From positions 124,001-188,000 of the IMG/VR virus record IMGVR_UViG_3300044644_001125: a stretch of 64,000 bases of DNA; one strand, 5' to 3'. A program made the translations under genes and the position numbers. Positions 41,860 to 54,300 of the stretch are shown here, piece after piece. The notes below the pieces were generated by a model. It made no database searches, was not told where the DNA came from, and worked only from the letters and a program-made list of their open reading frames with translations. The stretch's first letter is position 1, and each line of letters starts with the position of its first letter.

Positions 41860-42190
41860 GCCACGCGCACATACATTTTTAGATTCCCTTATAGCTGTTT
41901 CCATTCGCGCACATACATTTTAGATCTATTCGAACCCATACATTATAGCTTTTTACCAGATGCACACATACATTATAAACTCCATTCGAACACATACATT
42001 TTAAACTAAAAGATAATTACCTAATAAGATCATCTATAAGGCCATAACTAAAGATCATCAATACAAAACATCATAACTAAAAGATAATAGTTCAAAGATA
42101 AACATCATCTATAAGACAATCATAATTCAATCATCTTTTAGTAATAAACATCATCTATAAGACAATCATTGTTACATTATCTTTTAGTAT
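41860..42190. repeat. iteron-like direct repeats (candidate origin)
   Basis: five CATACATT copies; two ATAAACATCATCTATAAGACAATCAT; several TAAAAGATAA sites. Confidence 0.55.
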
Positions 42191-42430
42191 TATTCTTTCA
42201 AATGGGCAGTTACGTCCAAAATCTGGTGAGTTCATATCAGTTCAATTAAATACTAGTTGACATCATATCTATTTGCAGTTACTATCTGCATCACTTCCTA
42301 AAGGAGAATACCAATGGATCCAGATTTACCACGTGACGTAACCTTGGCTATAGCATTCATTATAACTGTTTGCTTCATTTACTTCGTTTGGGAAGAATAA
42401 CCTTTTAACTAATTAACGAGAGATAGTCCG

Positions 42431-42937
42431 ATGGGAATGTTTGACAGCTTTTATATAGAAGATAATGAAGAAATTCAAACCAAGCAATTAGATTGCTTGC
42501 TACATGGGTATTCATTAGGGGATCCAGTTCAGTCTTATGAAAACTTTGATGGACCTACTGGCAATTACTACTTATTCGAGGAGCACGAGAATGTTGGGCT
42601 GATAGTCATTAATAACATTTTCATTGACTGGGTTCGTACCGATGATACCAGACAAGCCACTAGAGAGTTATTCAATAGTTATCTGGAAAAACCTGACTTA
42701 GTGGCATTGAAGTTGTCTGATATTATCAAAGAACGACTTTACCCAGCCAAGCAGAAGGTTAATAAGAAACTACATAATATCCGTAGTGCAGTTCGTGAGT
42801 ACGAGATGTTTAAAGAAAACCCAGATGTAGAGCTAAGATACAGTATGTTGTTCGGTGACTTTAGTAAGTTTAAAGAAGGTGAGACCTTAGAGTCTGTTAT
42901 TGCCAATTATCTAAAAAATGAGGAAACCAATGAATAA
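42431..42937 (+). CDS. hypothetical phage protein
   Basis: MGMFD..QTK.LDC.L..Y motif. Confidence 0.6.
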   Translation: MGMFDSFYIEDNEEIQTKQLDCLLHGYSLGDPVQSYENFDGPTGNYYLFEEHENVGLIVINNIFIDWVRTDDTRQATRELFNSYLEKPDLVALKLSDIIKERLYPAKQKVNKKLHNIRSAVREYEMFKENPDVELRYSMLFGDFSKFKEGETLESVIANYLKNEETNE

Positions 42938-44027
42938 CTTCCCAGTTATTACTAACTTGGCTGAGTTCAAAGCCCAAGTTGGTGAGGTAAAAGGTATTGA
43001 GTTCAAAACTGATGCCAATGGATATACCGTTGCTTCGTATCATATACTCGAAAGCGACGTGTTCAAGAATGAGTATGCACGTGAATGTCGTGGTATTACC
43101 TTTGACCCATCTGGAAAAGTTGTATCAAGACCATTCCACAAGTTCTTTAATTTAAACGAAAACCAGTTTACTCAAGAGGGTGTATTAGATTGGAACTCAG
43201 TAACTTCGGTTATGGACAAAATGGACGGCAGTATGATCACTCCTGTTTTGATTGATGGTTCAATTATCTTCAAAACTAAAAGATCATTTACCTCAGCTGA
43301 AGCCAATTACGCTAATGAGAAGTTCTGCTACAAGTCACACCAGTATCAATTCTCTAAGTTTATGTGTGAACAAGGATTCACACCCATTTTCGAATTGACT
43401 TCACGAGCCAATCGAATTGTTTGTTCGTACAAAGAACCTGCGTTGACTTTGTTAGCCATTAGATCAAATGAGACCGGTGAATATTTTTCACGTGATGATC
43501 TTGTTCTATTAGCAAAAGGTTGGGAAATACCATATGTTAAGTCCTTTATAACTGAATACGAGTTATCTGGTTTATATTGGTTTAAAAATTCAGTAGTGAC
43601 GGATACTAATAAGGAAGGATATGTAATCCAGTTTTCAAATGGCCAAATGGTCAAAATGAAAACTAACTGGTATATGACCTTACATCATGTTGTTACGTTT
43701 ACTACTGAACGCAATGTAGCAGAGATGGTTGTATCTGAGAAAGTTGATGACTTCAAAGCGTATATTGCCAGTATCGATGAACCTGAAATGATGGAAACGG
43801 TTAATCGGGTTGAAAAACGTGTAGTTACTGAGATCAATGATATTATAGTTGATGTTGATGAAATTATCGATTTGAAAGAGTTTGATAACCCAAAAGACTT
43901 TGCTCTTAAGTATCGTAGCCATCCACTATTCTACTTGTTGATGAATTCTTTCAAAGGTAAGGAAAATGATTGGGTTGACTACTTTTTGAAATATCGGTTA
44001 AAATCATATTCTACCGAGTGTATTTGA
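42930..44027 (+). CDS. T4 Rnl1-like RNA ligase
   Basis: RECRG, SRPFHKFFN, KMDGS, FEL..NRIV, EGYV, VKMK. Confidence 0.9.
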   Translation: MNNFPVITNLAEFKAQVGEVKGIEFKTDANGYTVASYHILESDVFKNEYARECRGITFDPSGKVVSRPFHKFFNLNENQFTQEGVLDWNSVTSVMDKMDGSMITPVLIDGSIIFKTKRSFTSAEANYANEKFCYKSHQYQFSKFMCEQGFTPIFELTSRANRIVCSYKEPALTLLAIRSNETGEYFSRDDLVLLAKGWEIPYVKSFITEYELSGLYWFKNSVVTDTNKEGYVIQFSNGQMVKMKTNWYMTLHHVVTFTTERNVAEMVVSEKVDDFKAYIASIDEPEMMETVNRVEKRVVTEINDIIVDVDEIIDLKEFDNPKDFALKYRSHPLFYLLMNSFKGKENDWVDYFLKYRLKSYSTECI

Positions 44028-45892
44028 AATGTTACAGTTGAATGACAAAACCCTTGACAACCCTAAATATTAGATTACAAATGCCTAACTTCACAGTTGG
44101 GCATTATCTTTTAGGAGGCAGTATGAAAGACCAAATTGACGTATTAATCGAAGAAGTATCAAATAGATTCAGTAATTTAGAAATAACCAAAACAGAAGAT
44201 ACCATCACGTTAACCGAAAATGGTATTGTTTTCGGGAAAGTTAAAGCACATTTCACTGCAGATGATCATTTCATCGGATGGGCAATTAATTGCTTGCTCA
44301 AAGAAGAAATCTGTAGTAAACTCTACCCGAAAACTTGGGAGTGCCAACGAATGATGAACAAAGTGTTTAACACCCAACAGGATGCTTTACATGAGTTGAT
44401 CAGATTTTATGCACTAGGATTTAAACTATTAAACAGAGAATCAGAATGCAGCCATTAATTTACGCAGTCGGAATAGCCGCAGTAGTTGCGATAATCGCAT
44501 ACGAAGTGGTACATTATATACCATATATCATCAGTCACATAACAGAAATACTTGCTCACATCGCAGTTGGATTGGTTGTAGTAGGTACCGGATATTTTAT
44601 CACCCATTTTGGAATTGTTGAGGAAAACAAATGAAACAAGAAACCTTTACCATCATCGCGTGTTCTGCGATGTTCACCGGAGTTATCATGACGTTAACTG
44701 ATTATAACCCTATTTTCGGAGCATATATCACCATTATCGCGTCAGTTTCTTGGATTGTCGGTATTGCTACTGGCTATGTTAAACTTACAACCGAGGAATA
44801 ACCAATGGCTGAAGTGCTTACTTTACAATCGTTTGACGAAGAACCGTCTAAGAACAAGTTAGTTATCTTTAACTTTAATAAAAACGAGTATGGCATCACC
44901 AAAACATTAACGGATGTTACTGCTAGGGAATCCAATAAAGGTAAACTAGTGTTTCATCTGGTCTTTGATATCAAAGATAACATTAAGCATACTAAGTTCA
45001 CGGATGCCAACAGTGATGTTGAAAACATTCGAGTTATCAAAGTTAACTTATCAACTGCTGTACGAGATACTCACGAGATTTACGCTGGTGAGATGATTCG
45101 TTATTTGGAAGAGTTGATCTTTGAAGAAGACTATCGTTGGCCCAATGTTGTTGTAATTGATTCGTCTGACGAGATAGTCGGAACTAACGTAGTGAACAAG
45201 TTGTTGAAACTGGCAACGGATACCAATATTGATATCTATACTGCTACTCGTTTAAGAAGTAAGAACTATTCGACAGGGAATATATGAGATACGTAATCTT
45301 ATTCTTATTAGCTGGATCTGTAATGGCTGAAGATTTTAAAGTAGATCCCATCCAATATGATATCCCAGCTTCTAAATGGGTTCCTGCTGCTCGCTGGTAT
45401 GAAAGCAAAGGTCATTGTACTGATCCAATGAATCTATTTGAAGTATGCCAAAGTAAAGGCGCTTTGCTTTTTCACCAAAAGGTTGCTGATTACAAGAAGA
45501 AAGTTGTGTTGGCTGCCGCAGCGAAATCTAAAGCAGTTGTGGTTAAAGCTAAACCTTTGAAAAAGGCGAGTAAACATGCTTAAGATATCGCCTATTATTG
45601 TAATCCTAAGTTTAATAACATTGATTGGGTTTGTTCTGGTGGCAATCCGAGAGAATGGGGCATTTGTAGGGCTGGCTATTATCGCTACTAGTATATTCTT
45701 AACCTGCTTTCTGTTGTATTTCACCGAACATTATTTGAGTTTAGTGCTTAAGTAACCATCATTTATGGCAGGATTTGCCAAATAATCCTGCCACCAACCT
45801 CCTGTAATTTCCAAAACCACAATCTCAAAAAGCAGGCTAAATACATGATACCAAAGTCAGTATTAACTGCCCATTTTTGAGATAAAGCCCAC

Positions 45893-46342
45893 ATGCGAGC
45901 AAAAGAATTTATAGTTAACGTAAATGTGCCGATTCGGATTAAACTTGCCGGAAACGGCCAGCCCGATATCGATATGCCTGGATATAGTAGCCAGCCGCAG
46001 AATATTAACATTAATTTACCAGATAGCAATACAAAGCCATCCGGTAATCAAACCAATCTCGATAAATTGAGTGGTAGAGCGAGTGGGTACGGCGATCATC
46101 CTAAAGAACGTGAAGTTAAAACGGTAAGCTATGATGAACCGAAAGATCCACAGGAATTGGAACAAAATCCAATCTTTGTACCACCACTGCAGCAACAAAT
46201 TGAAATACAAAAAGCACAAGCTGGGAAACAAAGCCCAGTTATCTCTGACTTACTTCAAGATGAAGAAGAACCAGACGAAGGCAATAACTATTATGATGAA
46301 TCCGATGATTACTCTGAGATAGTTACTAGAAATCAACGTTAA
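45893..46342 (+). CDS. late hypothetical protein, capsid-targeting-like N-terminus
   Basis: MRAKEFI; FVPPLQQQIE..K; TAAATA 45838-45843. Confidence 0.55.
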   Translation: MRAKEFIVNVNVPIRIKLAGNGQPDIDMPGYSSQPQNININLPDSNTKPSGNQTNLDKLSGRASGYGDHPKEREVKTVSYDEPKDPQELEQNPIFVPPLQQQIEIQKAQAGKQSPVISDLLQDEEEPDEGNNYYDESDDYSEIVTRNQR

Positions 46343-46363
46343 TCAAGGAATGGTGAATCACTA

Positions 46364-47134
46364 ATGTCCATTCAGAAGATTAAAGCAGGCCGTGTAAAAT
46401 CAGTAAGCGTTGATGATTACGTTGGCGACAAAGGTACCTTATTTTATGATGAGGACCTTGGTGACTTGCGTCTTTCAGATGGAGTCACACTAGGTGGTAT
46501 TCCTTTAAATTCAGGTAGTAGTTCTTCTGGTACTACACGTACTGTATTAACACCAAATATGCCACCTGTTGGCGTCGCTGGTGCTATGTGGTACAACCCA
46601 GATACTTCTACTTTGTATATTAGTCAAGGTGTTTCTTGGATCCCTATAACTTCACCTGATTCTGATGACATAAGTAGTGTACATGATATTCCATTGGGCA
46701 ATGGTTTATATGTAAGTCAAAGTGGTGAACTTAGTGTTGACTTTTCTATAATTACAGTTCCAGTTGCAACTGAAAATTCCTACGGTGTTGTGAAAGTTGG
46801 TAATGGTTTGAATATAGATCAAGCCGGTGTTCTTAGTGTTGATTTGACTACAACTCCAGAATCATTACCGACAGCAACACAAACTGCAATTGGTGCTATC
46901 AAAGTCGGTACTGGTTTGGCTGTTGATACTACTGGGTCGTTAAATGTTAATTTATCACCTACTCAATTACCAATAGCGACAACAACTAGCCCAGGTGCTA
47001 TCACATTGGGTCCTGGACTTGGATTAACTGAAGATGGTGCAGTCACGGTAACAGTATATACAAATAATGATGGTGGAACGCCTGTATCAAACTATGGTGG
47101 TATTACACCCTATGATGGTGGAGGAGTTATCTAA
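46364..47134 (+). CDS. tail-fibre-associated virion protein
   Basis: [11 protein letters not shown]-domain; P.AT...G.IKVG.GL repeats. Confidence 0.65.
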   Translation: MSIQKIKAGRVKSVSVDDYVGDKGTLFYDEDLGDLRLSDGVTLGGIPLNSGSSSSGTTRTVLTPNMPPVGVAGAMWYNPDTSTLYISQGVSWIPITSPDSDDISSVHDIPLGNGLYVSQSGELSVDFSIITVPVATENSYGVVKVGNGLNIDQAGVLSVDLTTTPESLPTATQTAIGAIKVGTGLAVDTTGSLNVNLSPTQLPIATTTSPGAITLGPGLGLTEDGAVTVTVYTNNDGGTPVSNYGGITPYDGGGVI

Positions 47135-48213
47135 TGGCAATTTCAATTCAACTTAGACGTGGTTTAGCAATTGAATGGTCTACAGTCAATCCGTTATTGG
47201 CTGAAGGCGAGTTGGCAGTTGAACTAGATACTGGTCTATATAAACTTGGTGATGGTGTTCGTCTTTGGAACGACTTACCTTATTCATCAGGTCCTCCTGG
47301 TCCACAAGGTCCGCAGGGTATTCAAGGTCTAGTTGGTCCAAAAGGTGCTGATGGTATAATCGGTCATGATGGTGCAGTTGGTCCACAAGGTCCTATTGGT
47401 CCCGAAGGTCCAGCCGGTCCTGCAGGCCCACGATACACTTTACCTAAAGCAACAGATTGTAAACTAGGTGGTGTAATGATCGGCGATGGTTTAATCGTCG
47501 ATTCTTCTGGAAAAATATCAGTAGATCCAAGTTTTACTAGTGCAGTTAGTATATTAGTAGATGAAGATTTACCAGCCGGTTCTTATGTTAACTTCTTTAG
47601 TGATGCTGGTGTTGCTAAAGCAAGATTGGCTAGTGCTGTTTCAACTGAGTTTGAGGCATATGGTTTTGTTACAACTGCTTGGTTAGTCGGCGATATTGCC
47701 ACAGTCTATCTACAAGGTAAAAATGATATTGACGGTGCTGTTGTACCGATCGGTACTTTATTCCTTAGTACGGTACCAGGTGAATTTACAGATATTCCAC
47801 CAGTAAACGCTGGTAACATCGTACAGAAATTAGGGTATTCTTTCTGTGGATGTGCAATACAAACTACAATTGGTGTTGTGGTTGAGTTGGCAGTTCAATC
47901 TGCTTCGAAAAATGTTTTAGTATTAGACAATGGTCAGATTCGTGAATTGGGACCAGCTGAATCTATTTCAGGTGCAATCTATGGTATATTCACAACCGAG
48001 AAAATTGCGATAATAAACAATCAAATATTACTACCATCTGAACCTCAAGGAATGATTGTTCATGGTGTTATGATTGTTTACGATAATAATGGGGTTATTA
48101 CTGAATACGATAGCGTTTCTGTATCGAGTAGTAACGGTAAGTATTATGCTTCTTTAAATGAGTTATATGATGTAAATGGACATGGTGTGGTATCGTACTT
48201 AGCAAAGGGATAG
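47134..48213 (+). CDS. tail fibre with Mtd-N-like domain and collagen repeat
   Basis: IQLRRG..W..NPLL.EGE..ELDT..KLGDG..WNDLPY; G-X-Y run. Confidence 0.75.
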   Translation: MAISIQLRRGLAIEWSTVNPLLAEGELAVELDTGLYKLGDGVRLWNDLPYSSGPPGPQGPQGIQGLVGPKGADGIIGHDGAVGPQGPIGPEGPAGPAGPRYTLPKATDCKLGGVMIGDGLIVDSSGKISVDPSFTSAVSILVDEDLPAGSYVNFFSDAGVAKARLASAVSTEFEAYGFVTTAWLVGDIATVYLQGKNDIDGAVVPIGTLFLSTVPGEFTDIPPVNAGNIVQKLGYSFCGCAIQTTIGVVVELAVQSASKNVLVLDNGQIRELGPAESISGAIYGIFTTEKIAIINNQILLPSEPQGMIVHGVMIVYDNNGVITEYDSVSVSSSNGKYYASLNELYDVNGHGVVSYLAKG

Positions 48214-48501
48214 CAATGATAATAAGGGATTTTTACTTCGGGGCATGGGCCATCGAACGTGGGGTTGAGTATAGTATAACAGAAGGGAAATTAGAATTGA
48301 AAATAAGCAAATCAGAATTCGATGCACTACAAGCGGAATATATCGCAACTGTCAAACCGGTTCTTGACCAAGTTAGGTCAATCATACGAATGATTAACCA
48401 ATCACGTTAAACTTAAATCCCTGTTTTAACAGGGATTTTTCATTATGGTATATCTTAATTTAAACGATTTAAAGCTATAATATAGCAATCATCGTAAGAA
48501 G

Positions 48502-49779
48502 TCAACCACCCAACGATATACATTCGTAGAGTTTGCCCACTCCAACGACTAACTGCGATATCGCCGCAGATCTCTCGATTTTAGTAGTCATTTTCTGTAA
48601 GGCCTCTGGGATTACTCCCACATCGCCAGTTGCGTGCGATGATAACTGGACCCCATAAGTAAGGCGTTGCCCTTCATGGAGTATATTCGTGGCAGCATTT
48701 AGATCCCGGTCATGGACTTCGCCACACGAGGGGCATTCCCATTCACGTGTATTTAAATCCAAGGATTCGAGTTTATGACCGCAGCAAGAACAGGTCTTAC
48801 TACTTGGATAAAAACGACCCACTTCTTGAACTAGAACACCAGCCCATTCCGCTTTATATTTGATCATCTCTGAAAGAGTAGACCAAGCAATTTCATGGAT
48901 TACTCTGCTGAGTTTCCGGTTCTTAAGTAGATTACTGACTGCCAAATCTTCTAAGTAGATCACATCATTGGTAGCCACTATGTACTTACTAAGGATGTGA
49001 TAATACTCATTTCGCTGTCGCGTAATCTTGGAATGCAACCGAGCCACTTGAATACGAAGTTTCTCGTGGTTTTTGCTGCCTTTGGTAGTTCTTGCGAACT
49101 GCTTTTGTTTGCGTTTTAATAACTGCTTGGTTTTCGCATGATACAGCAACGCATCTGGTTTAAGGAATCGAAGACCACTTGAAGTGATCATCAAATCTTT
49201 AATACCTAAATCAAAACCGACTTCTCGGTTTTTGTAATCTTGGGTTGGTACATCGGTTTCTATTAGCACAGAGGCATAATATCTGCCATCTTGGTTTTTA
49301 GAAACGGTTACCGATTTAATCTTAGCATCGGCTGGTAATGGTCTATGAATAACTGCTTTTACTTCTTTTAATTTTGGTAGCGTGATGAAGTTATCCGATA
49401 CTCTAATACCTTTCCCACTGGTTCGGTATGACTGACGGCCATGCTTTGATTTGAATGAAGGTGGTTTTACTTTTGAACCTTTTCTTTTCCCCGTAATGGA
49501 CTCGAAGAAATTCTTATACGCTGTCGCCAAGTCCATCGCTGCTCCCTGAAGGGCTAGGCTGTCTACTTCTTTCAAAAACTCAAATTCTTTCTTCAATGTA
49601 GGTAGAAGATTATTCATATCTACCCAGGTAAGATGTTTCTGATTGTTCTTAAATCTATCTTGTTGATCTGCTAATAAGTAATTTGATACCCAACGTTTGC
49701 AGCCAAATATCTTCGATATCAGAACTTTTTGTTCTGCCGATGGGTATATTCGATATTTGTATGCAAGTAATTGTTTCAT
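48502..49779 (-). mobile_element. tnpB: IS200/IS605-type TnpB (no tnpA)
   Basis: AYKYRIYP HTH, GFDLG, LEDL, SSKTCSCCG, DRDLNAA; probable right end ..GGTGGTTGAC at 48501. Confidence 0.9.
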
Positions 49780-50004
49780 GTTTGTATTTATGCATTTGCA
49801 AATATCTGTTTTTGATTAAAATCAAGCATTTCAACCCATTTTTCAAAATAGTATGTAAATACTTATATCAAAACTCAAATGATTTGAGTTCACTTTCTAT
49901 CCTAATGGATAATCCCCGCTTGATACTATCAATGGTGATAGTACAGCTATTCTCAGTTTACTTGTCTAAGGAAAAACAAGGCCAATAAAAAGGAGATTTT
50001 TAAA

Positions 50005-51249
50005 ATGGCAATTATCGTTCGTAACAAGAGTACCATTTATGGTTTAAACGCTGACTTAGCAGCACTTCAAGCTGCTGATGCTGCTGAATTAGCACGCGCT
50101 CAAGCTGCTGAAATAGTATTAACAAACGACTTAGCTTCTGAAGTAACTCGCGCTACTGGCGTTGAAGGTTCTTTAGCTGCATTGCAAACTTCTGTAAAAA
50201 CAAACTTAGTAGCTGCTATCAATAGTGAAATCAGCCGTGCTGTTGCTGCTGAATTAGTATTAACAAATGGTTTGGCTCAAGAATTGGTTGACCGCGCTGC
50301 TGGCGATGCTAACTTACAAGGTCAAATTGACTCTTTAACTACTGCTTCTAGCGCTGCTCTTCAAGCTGCTATCGATGCTGAAGTTATCGCTCGTACAAAT
50401 GCAGACAATGCTCTTCAAGCTGCTATCGATGCAGAGGCTTCTGCTCGTGACGCTGCTGTTGTAGCTGAAGCTGCTGCACGTACTGCTGCTGACGCGGTAT
50501 TACAATCTGAAATTGACAACATCATCAGCAACGTTGATCCAGTTGCTTTAGATTCATTAACTGAAATCGTTGCTTCTTTCCAAGCAATGGATGGCGACTT
50601 GTCAGACGCTATCGCTGCGTTGTCTTCTGGTTCTTCTTCTGCATTGACAGACGAAATCAACCGCGCTACTGCTGCTGAAGGCGTTCTTACAACTAACCTA
50701 GCTGCTGAAGCTGCACGTGCATTAGCTGCTGAAGCTGCGCTTGCTGGTGACTTAGCTGCTGAAATTTCACGCGCTCTTGCTGCTGAAGCTGCTCTTCAAT
50801 CTAACATCACTGCTGCTCTTTCAACAACTGCTGCTAACTTAGCTTCTGCTGTTGCTACTGCTGCTGCTGATTTGGCTACTGAAACTGCTCGCGCTACTGC
50901 TGCTGAAGGTGTATTAACTGACGCACTTGCTGCTGAAGTTGTTCGCGCTACTGCTGCTGAAACTGCTCTTGACGTTTACTTCAAAGCTGCTGCTGCTGTT
51001 CCTGTATTGGAAAGCCGTATCGTTTCTTCTAACAAAATCACATTGTCTTTCGCTCCACAACAAGGCGTTAATGGCGTTATGAACTTTGCTACAGTTCGTT
51101 ATATCGACGACAACGGCGTTGCATATGACGCACCTGTAACTGTTGACTCTTCAGACGCTTCTGGCAAAACATTAGCGATTTCTGTTGACACTAGTGGTCA
51201 ATGGGATGGATTCACTGTTTACGTTCAATACGTTCACGCAATTGTTTAA
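50005..51249 (+). CDS. Ala-rich coiled-coil virion fibre protein
   Basis: E..RA.AAE repeats, ALDSLTEI motif, strong GCT/ACT codon bias. Confidence 0.7.
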   Translation: MAIIVRNKSTIYGLNADLAALQAADAAELARAQAAEIVLTNDLASEVTRATGVEGSLAALQTSVKTNLVAAINSEISRAVAAELVLTNGLAQELVDRAAGDANLQGQIDSLTTASSAALQAAIDAEVIARTNADNALQAAIDAEASARDAAVVAEAAARTAADAVLQSEIDNIISNVDPVALDSLTEIVASFQAMDGDLSDAIAALSSGSSSALTDEINRATAAEGVLTTNLAAEAARALAAEAALAGDLAAEISRALAAEAALQSNITAALSTTAANLASAVATAAADLATETARATAAEGVLTDALAAEVVRATAAETALDVYFKAAAAVPVLESRIVSSNKITLSFAPQQGVNGVMNFATVRYIDDNGVAYDAPVTVDSSDASGKTLAISVDTSGQWDGFTVYVQYVHAIV

Positions 51250-51371
51250 TTGATAGATTTAATATAGGATACTTTTAGTATCCATTTGGACACTAAAACG
51301 CATCAAATATGTTAACCCAATGTATTTGGTGCGTTTTTATAAGATGTAAACATATAAGGAGATTTAAAAAT

Positions 51372-54300
51372 ATGGCTATTATTATTGCAAATGATGGAGA
51401 TAGAGTAGTCGCTACCATCGCAGACCGTAATGCAATTGCTAAGAAATTTGACGGTATGCAAGTTACTGTTCAAGATGCAATCGCTGACGTTATTGCGGGA
51501 GAAGGCGAAGCACTTTATCAATGGTCTGCATCAAAATCAAAATGGATTTTGATCGGCAAAGAAAACATTGACAGCTTAGAATTCATTTCTGAATCAGGCG
51601 TTTTAGTTGATGGTAAAGTTACAACCTCTGAACATCCACAATCAGGTTTAGTTTGGGATTGTTATGTTATTGGGCAAGATGGTTCAGTTGTTGCTGATAT
51701 CACTGCTCCTAGTATTATCAACAACGAAATCAACATCGGCACCTTAATGTATGATGGATTAACTATCCACTTTTCATACGGTTTTGGTAGAATTCAAGCT
51801 ACAGTTGCGGCTTTAATTGATGTTTATAACTTAGGAAGTTTAGATTCAAGCACACCTTCTAACATGAGCGGTTTCGTTTATGGTACAGGTACAATGATTT
51901 CTGCTAAATCGTTAACTGCTTCTGATGTTACTGATTTCACAACTGAAGTTGCTGCGTTAACTCAAGCATCTATCGATGCGAAAGCCCCTATTGCCAATCC
52001 TACTTTCACTGGCACTGTTTCTGGTATCACTAAAGGTATGGTTGGTCTTGGTAATGTTGACAATACAAGCGATATTAACAAACCAGTATCTACTGCTCAA
52101 CAAACTGCTTTAGACACTAAAGCTGAATTGGCTGGTTCTGCTACTCAAGATTTCTCTGCTAACGTTGTTACTGTTTCTGGTAACATTTTACCAGCTGGTG
52201 CTAATATTGACATCGGTTCTTCTACTCAAAGATTCAAAACAATCTTTGTTGATGAAGCAAAATTGTCTACAAACACATTGTATATCGGTGATACTGCTAT
52301 TTTGGGTACAACTGCACAAACTGTTAACATTCACACTGATCCAGGTCAAAGTTTAGATATCCAAACTTCTGGTTCTGGTACAACTGTTATCCAATCTGTA
52401 AGAGGCGTTAACGTTTCTACCACAGGCATGAACTCTCCTGTTCAATTAAATGCTTATGGCGTTGGTTCTAATGTTGTATTAGGCGCAACTAACGAAATCC
52501 AAATGACAGCAAGCGGAATCGCGTTGAACGCTCCTGTTACCGCTTCTAGCTTAACATCTACTGGTAATTTGACAGTTGGTGGTAACTTAGTTGTTAATGG
52601 TACACAAACTACTATTAATTCTACTACTGTTACGACTAAAGATAACATCATTATCTTAAACAATGGTGAAGCTGGTTCAGGTGTAACTGCTGGAACTGCT
52701 GGTTTCCGCGTAGACCGTGGCGATTTAGTTGATTATGAATTGTCTTTCGACGAATCTGATGATTTCTTCAAAATCGGTGCACAGGGTTCAACTGAAATCA
52801 TTGCAACTCGCCCATGGGCAACTACAACTTTTGCTGCTGCTAATCACAACCACACAGTTGATTCATTAAGCAACGTCACAATTGCTGGTAAAGCTACTAA
52901 TGACGTATTCAAATGGAGCGGTACTGCTTGGGTTAATGGTCAAGTTACTAAAACTGAAGTTGGTTTAGGTAATGTTGATAACACTGCTGATTCAGCTAAA
53001 CCAGTTTCTACTGCTCAAGCGGCTGCTTTGGCATTAAAAGCAGACGCGGCTAATCCTACATTCACTGGTACTGTAACTGGCGTTACTGCTACTATGGTTG
53101 GTTTAGGTTCAGTAGACAATGTTAAACAATTACCATATAGTCAAGCATTGGCTATTACTGGTGATGCTACTGCTTCTAGCACAAACTTAAGCACTGGAAC
53201 TATCGCTGTTACTTTAGCTTCTGTTGGTACTGCTGGTTCTTACTTCAAAGTTACTACAGACGCAAAAGGTCGTGTAACTGCAGGTAATACTGCTCTAGTT
53301 GCTGCTGATATTCCTGATTTAGCTTGGAGTAAAATCACTTCTGGTACTCCAACTACATTAGCTGGTTATGGTATCACTGACGCGCAAGCTGTAAACACAA
53401 AATTAACAAGCATTGCTGGTTTATCTAACTTAGCAACTGGTCTTGTTAAATTTACAAATGGCACAGCTTCTATCGATTCAACTGCTTATTTGACTTCTCA
53501 AACTGTTACAGCTACCATGGTTGGTTTGAACAATGTTGAAAACACTGCTGATGCTAATAAACCTGTATCTACTGCTCAACAAGCTGCTTTAGATCTTAAA
53601 GCTCCTTTGGCAAGCCCAACTTTCACTGGAACAGTTGGTGGTATCACTAAATCAATGGTCGGTTTAGGCTTAGTAGATAACACTGCTGATTTAAGCAAAC
53701 CAATTTCTACAGCAACTCAAACTGCTTTAGATCTTAAAGCGCCTTCTGCTAACCCAACTTTCACTGGTACTGTTTCTGGTATTACGAAAAGCATGGTTGG
53801 TTTGGCTAACGTTAATAACACTGCCGACTTAGCTAAACCAATTTCTACAGCAACTCAAACTGCTTTAGATTTAAAAGCTGATCAAGCTACCACTTACACC
53901 AAAACTGAAACAGATAGCCGTATCCAAGCTGTTGTTGGCGCGGCTCCTGCTGCGTTAGATACATTGGTTGAATTGGCATCTGCTTTAGGTAATGACGCAA
54001 GTTACGCTTCTACTATCACAAGCTCATTGGCATTAAAAGCTCCTTTAGCAAGTCCAACTTTCACTGGTACTGTTTCTGGTATCACTGCTTCTATGGTTGG
54101 TCTTGGTTCAGTTACTAACGACAAACAGTTGAAAGATAGCCAAACATTGGCTGTTACTGGAGACGCAACTGCGTCTGCTACTGCTTTGAATACTGGAACT
54201 ATCGCTTTAACATTGGCGACTGTTACTGATTCAGGTACAGGTTCATTCAAAAAAGTAACTGTTAATGGTAAAGGTTTGGTTACAGGTACTGCTTCTGTTG

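Noticed and set aside
47134-47290. Mtd-N domain as evidence of a DGR
   Set aside because: This N-terminal domain is common in tail fibres and the C-terminus shows no variable-region signature
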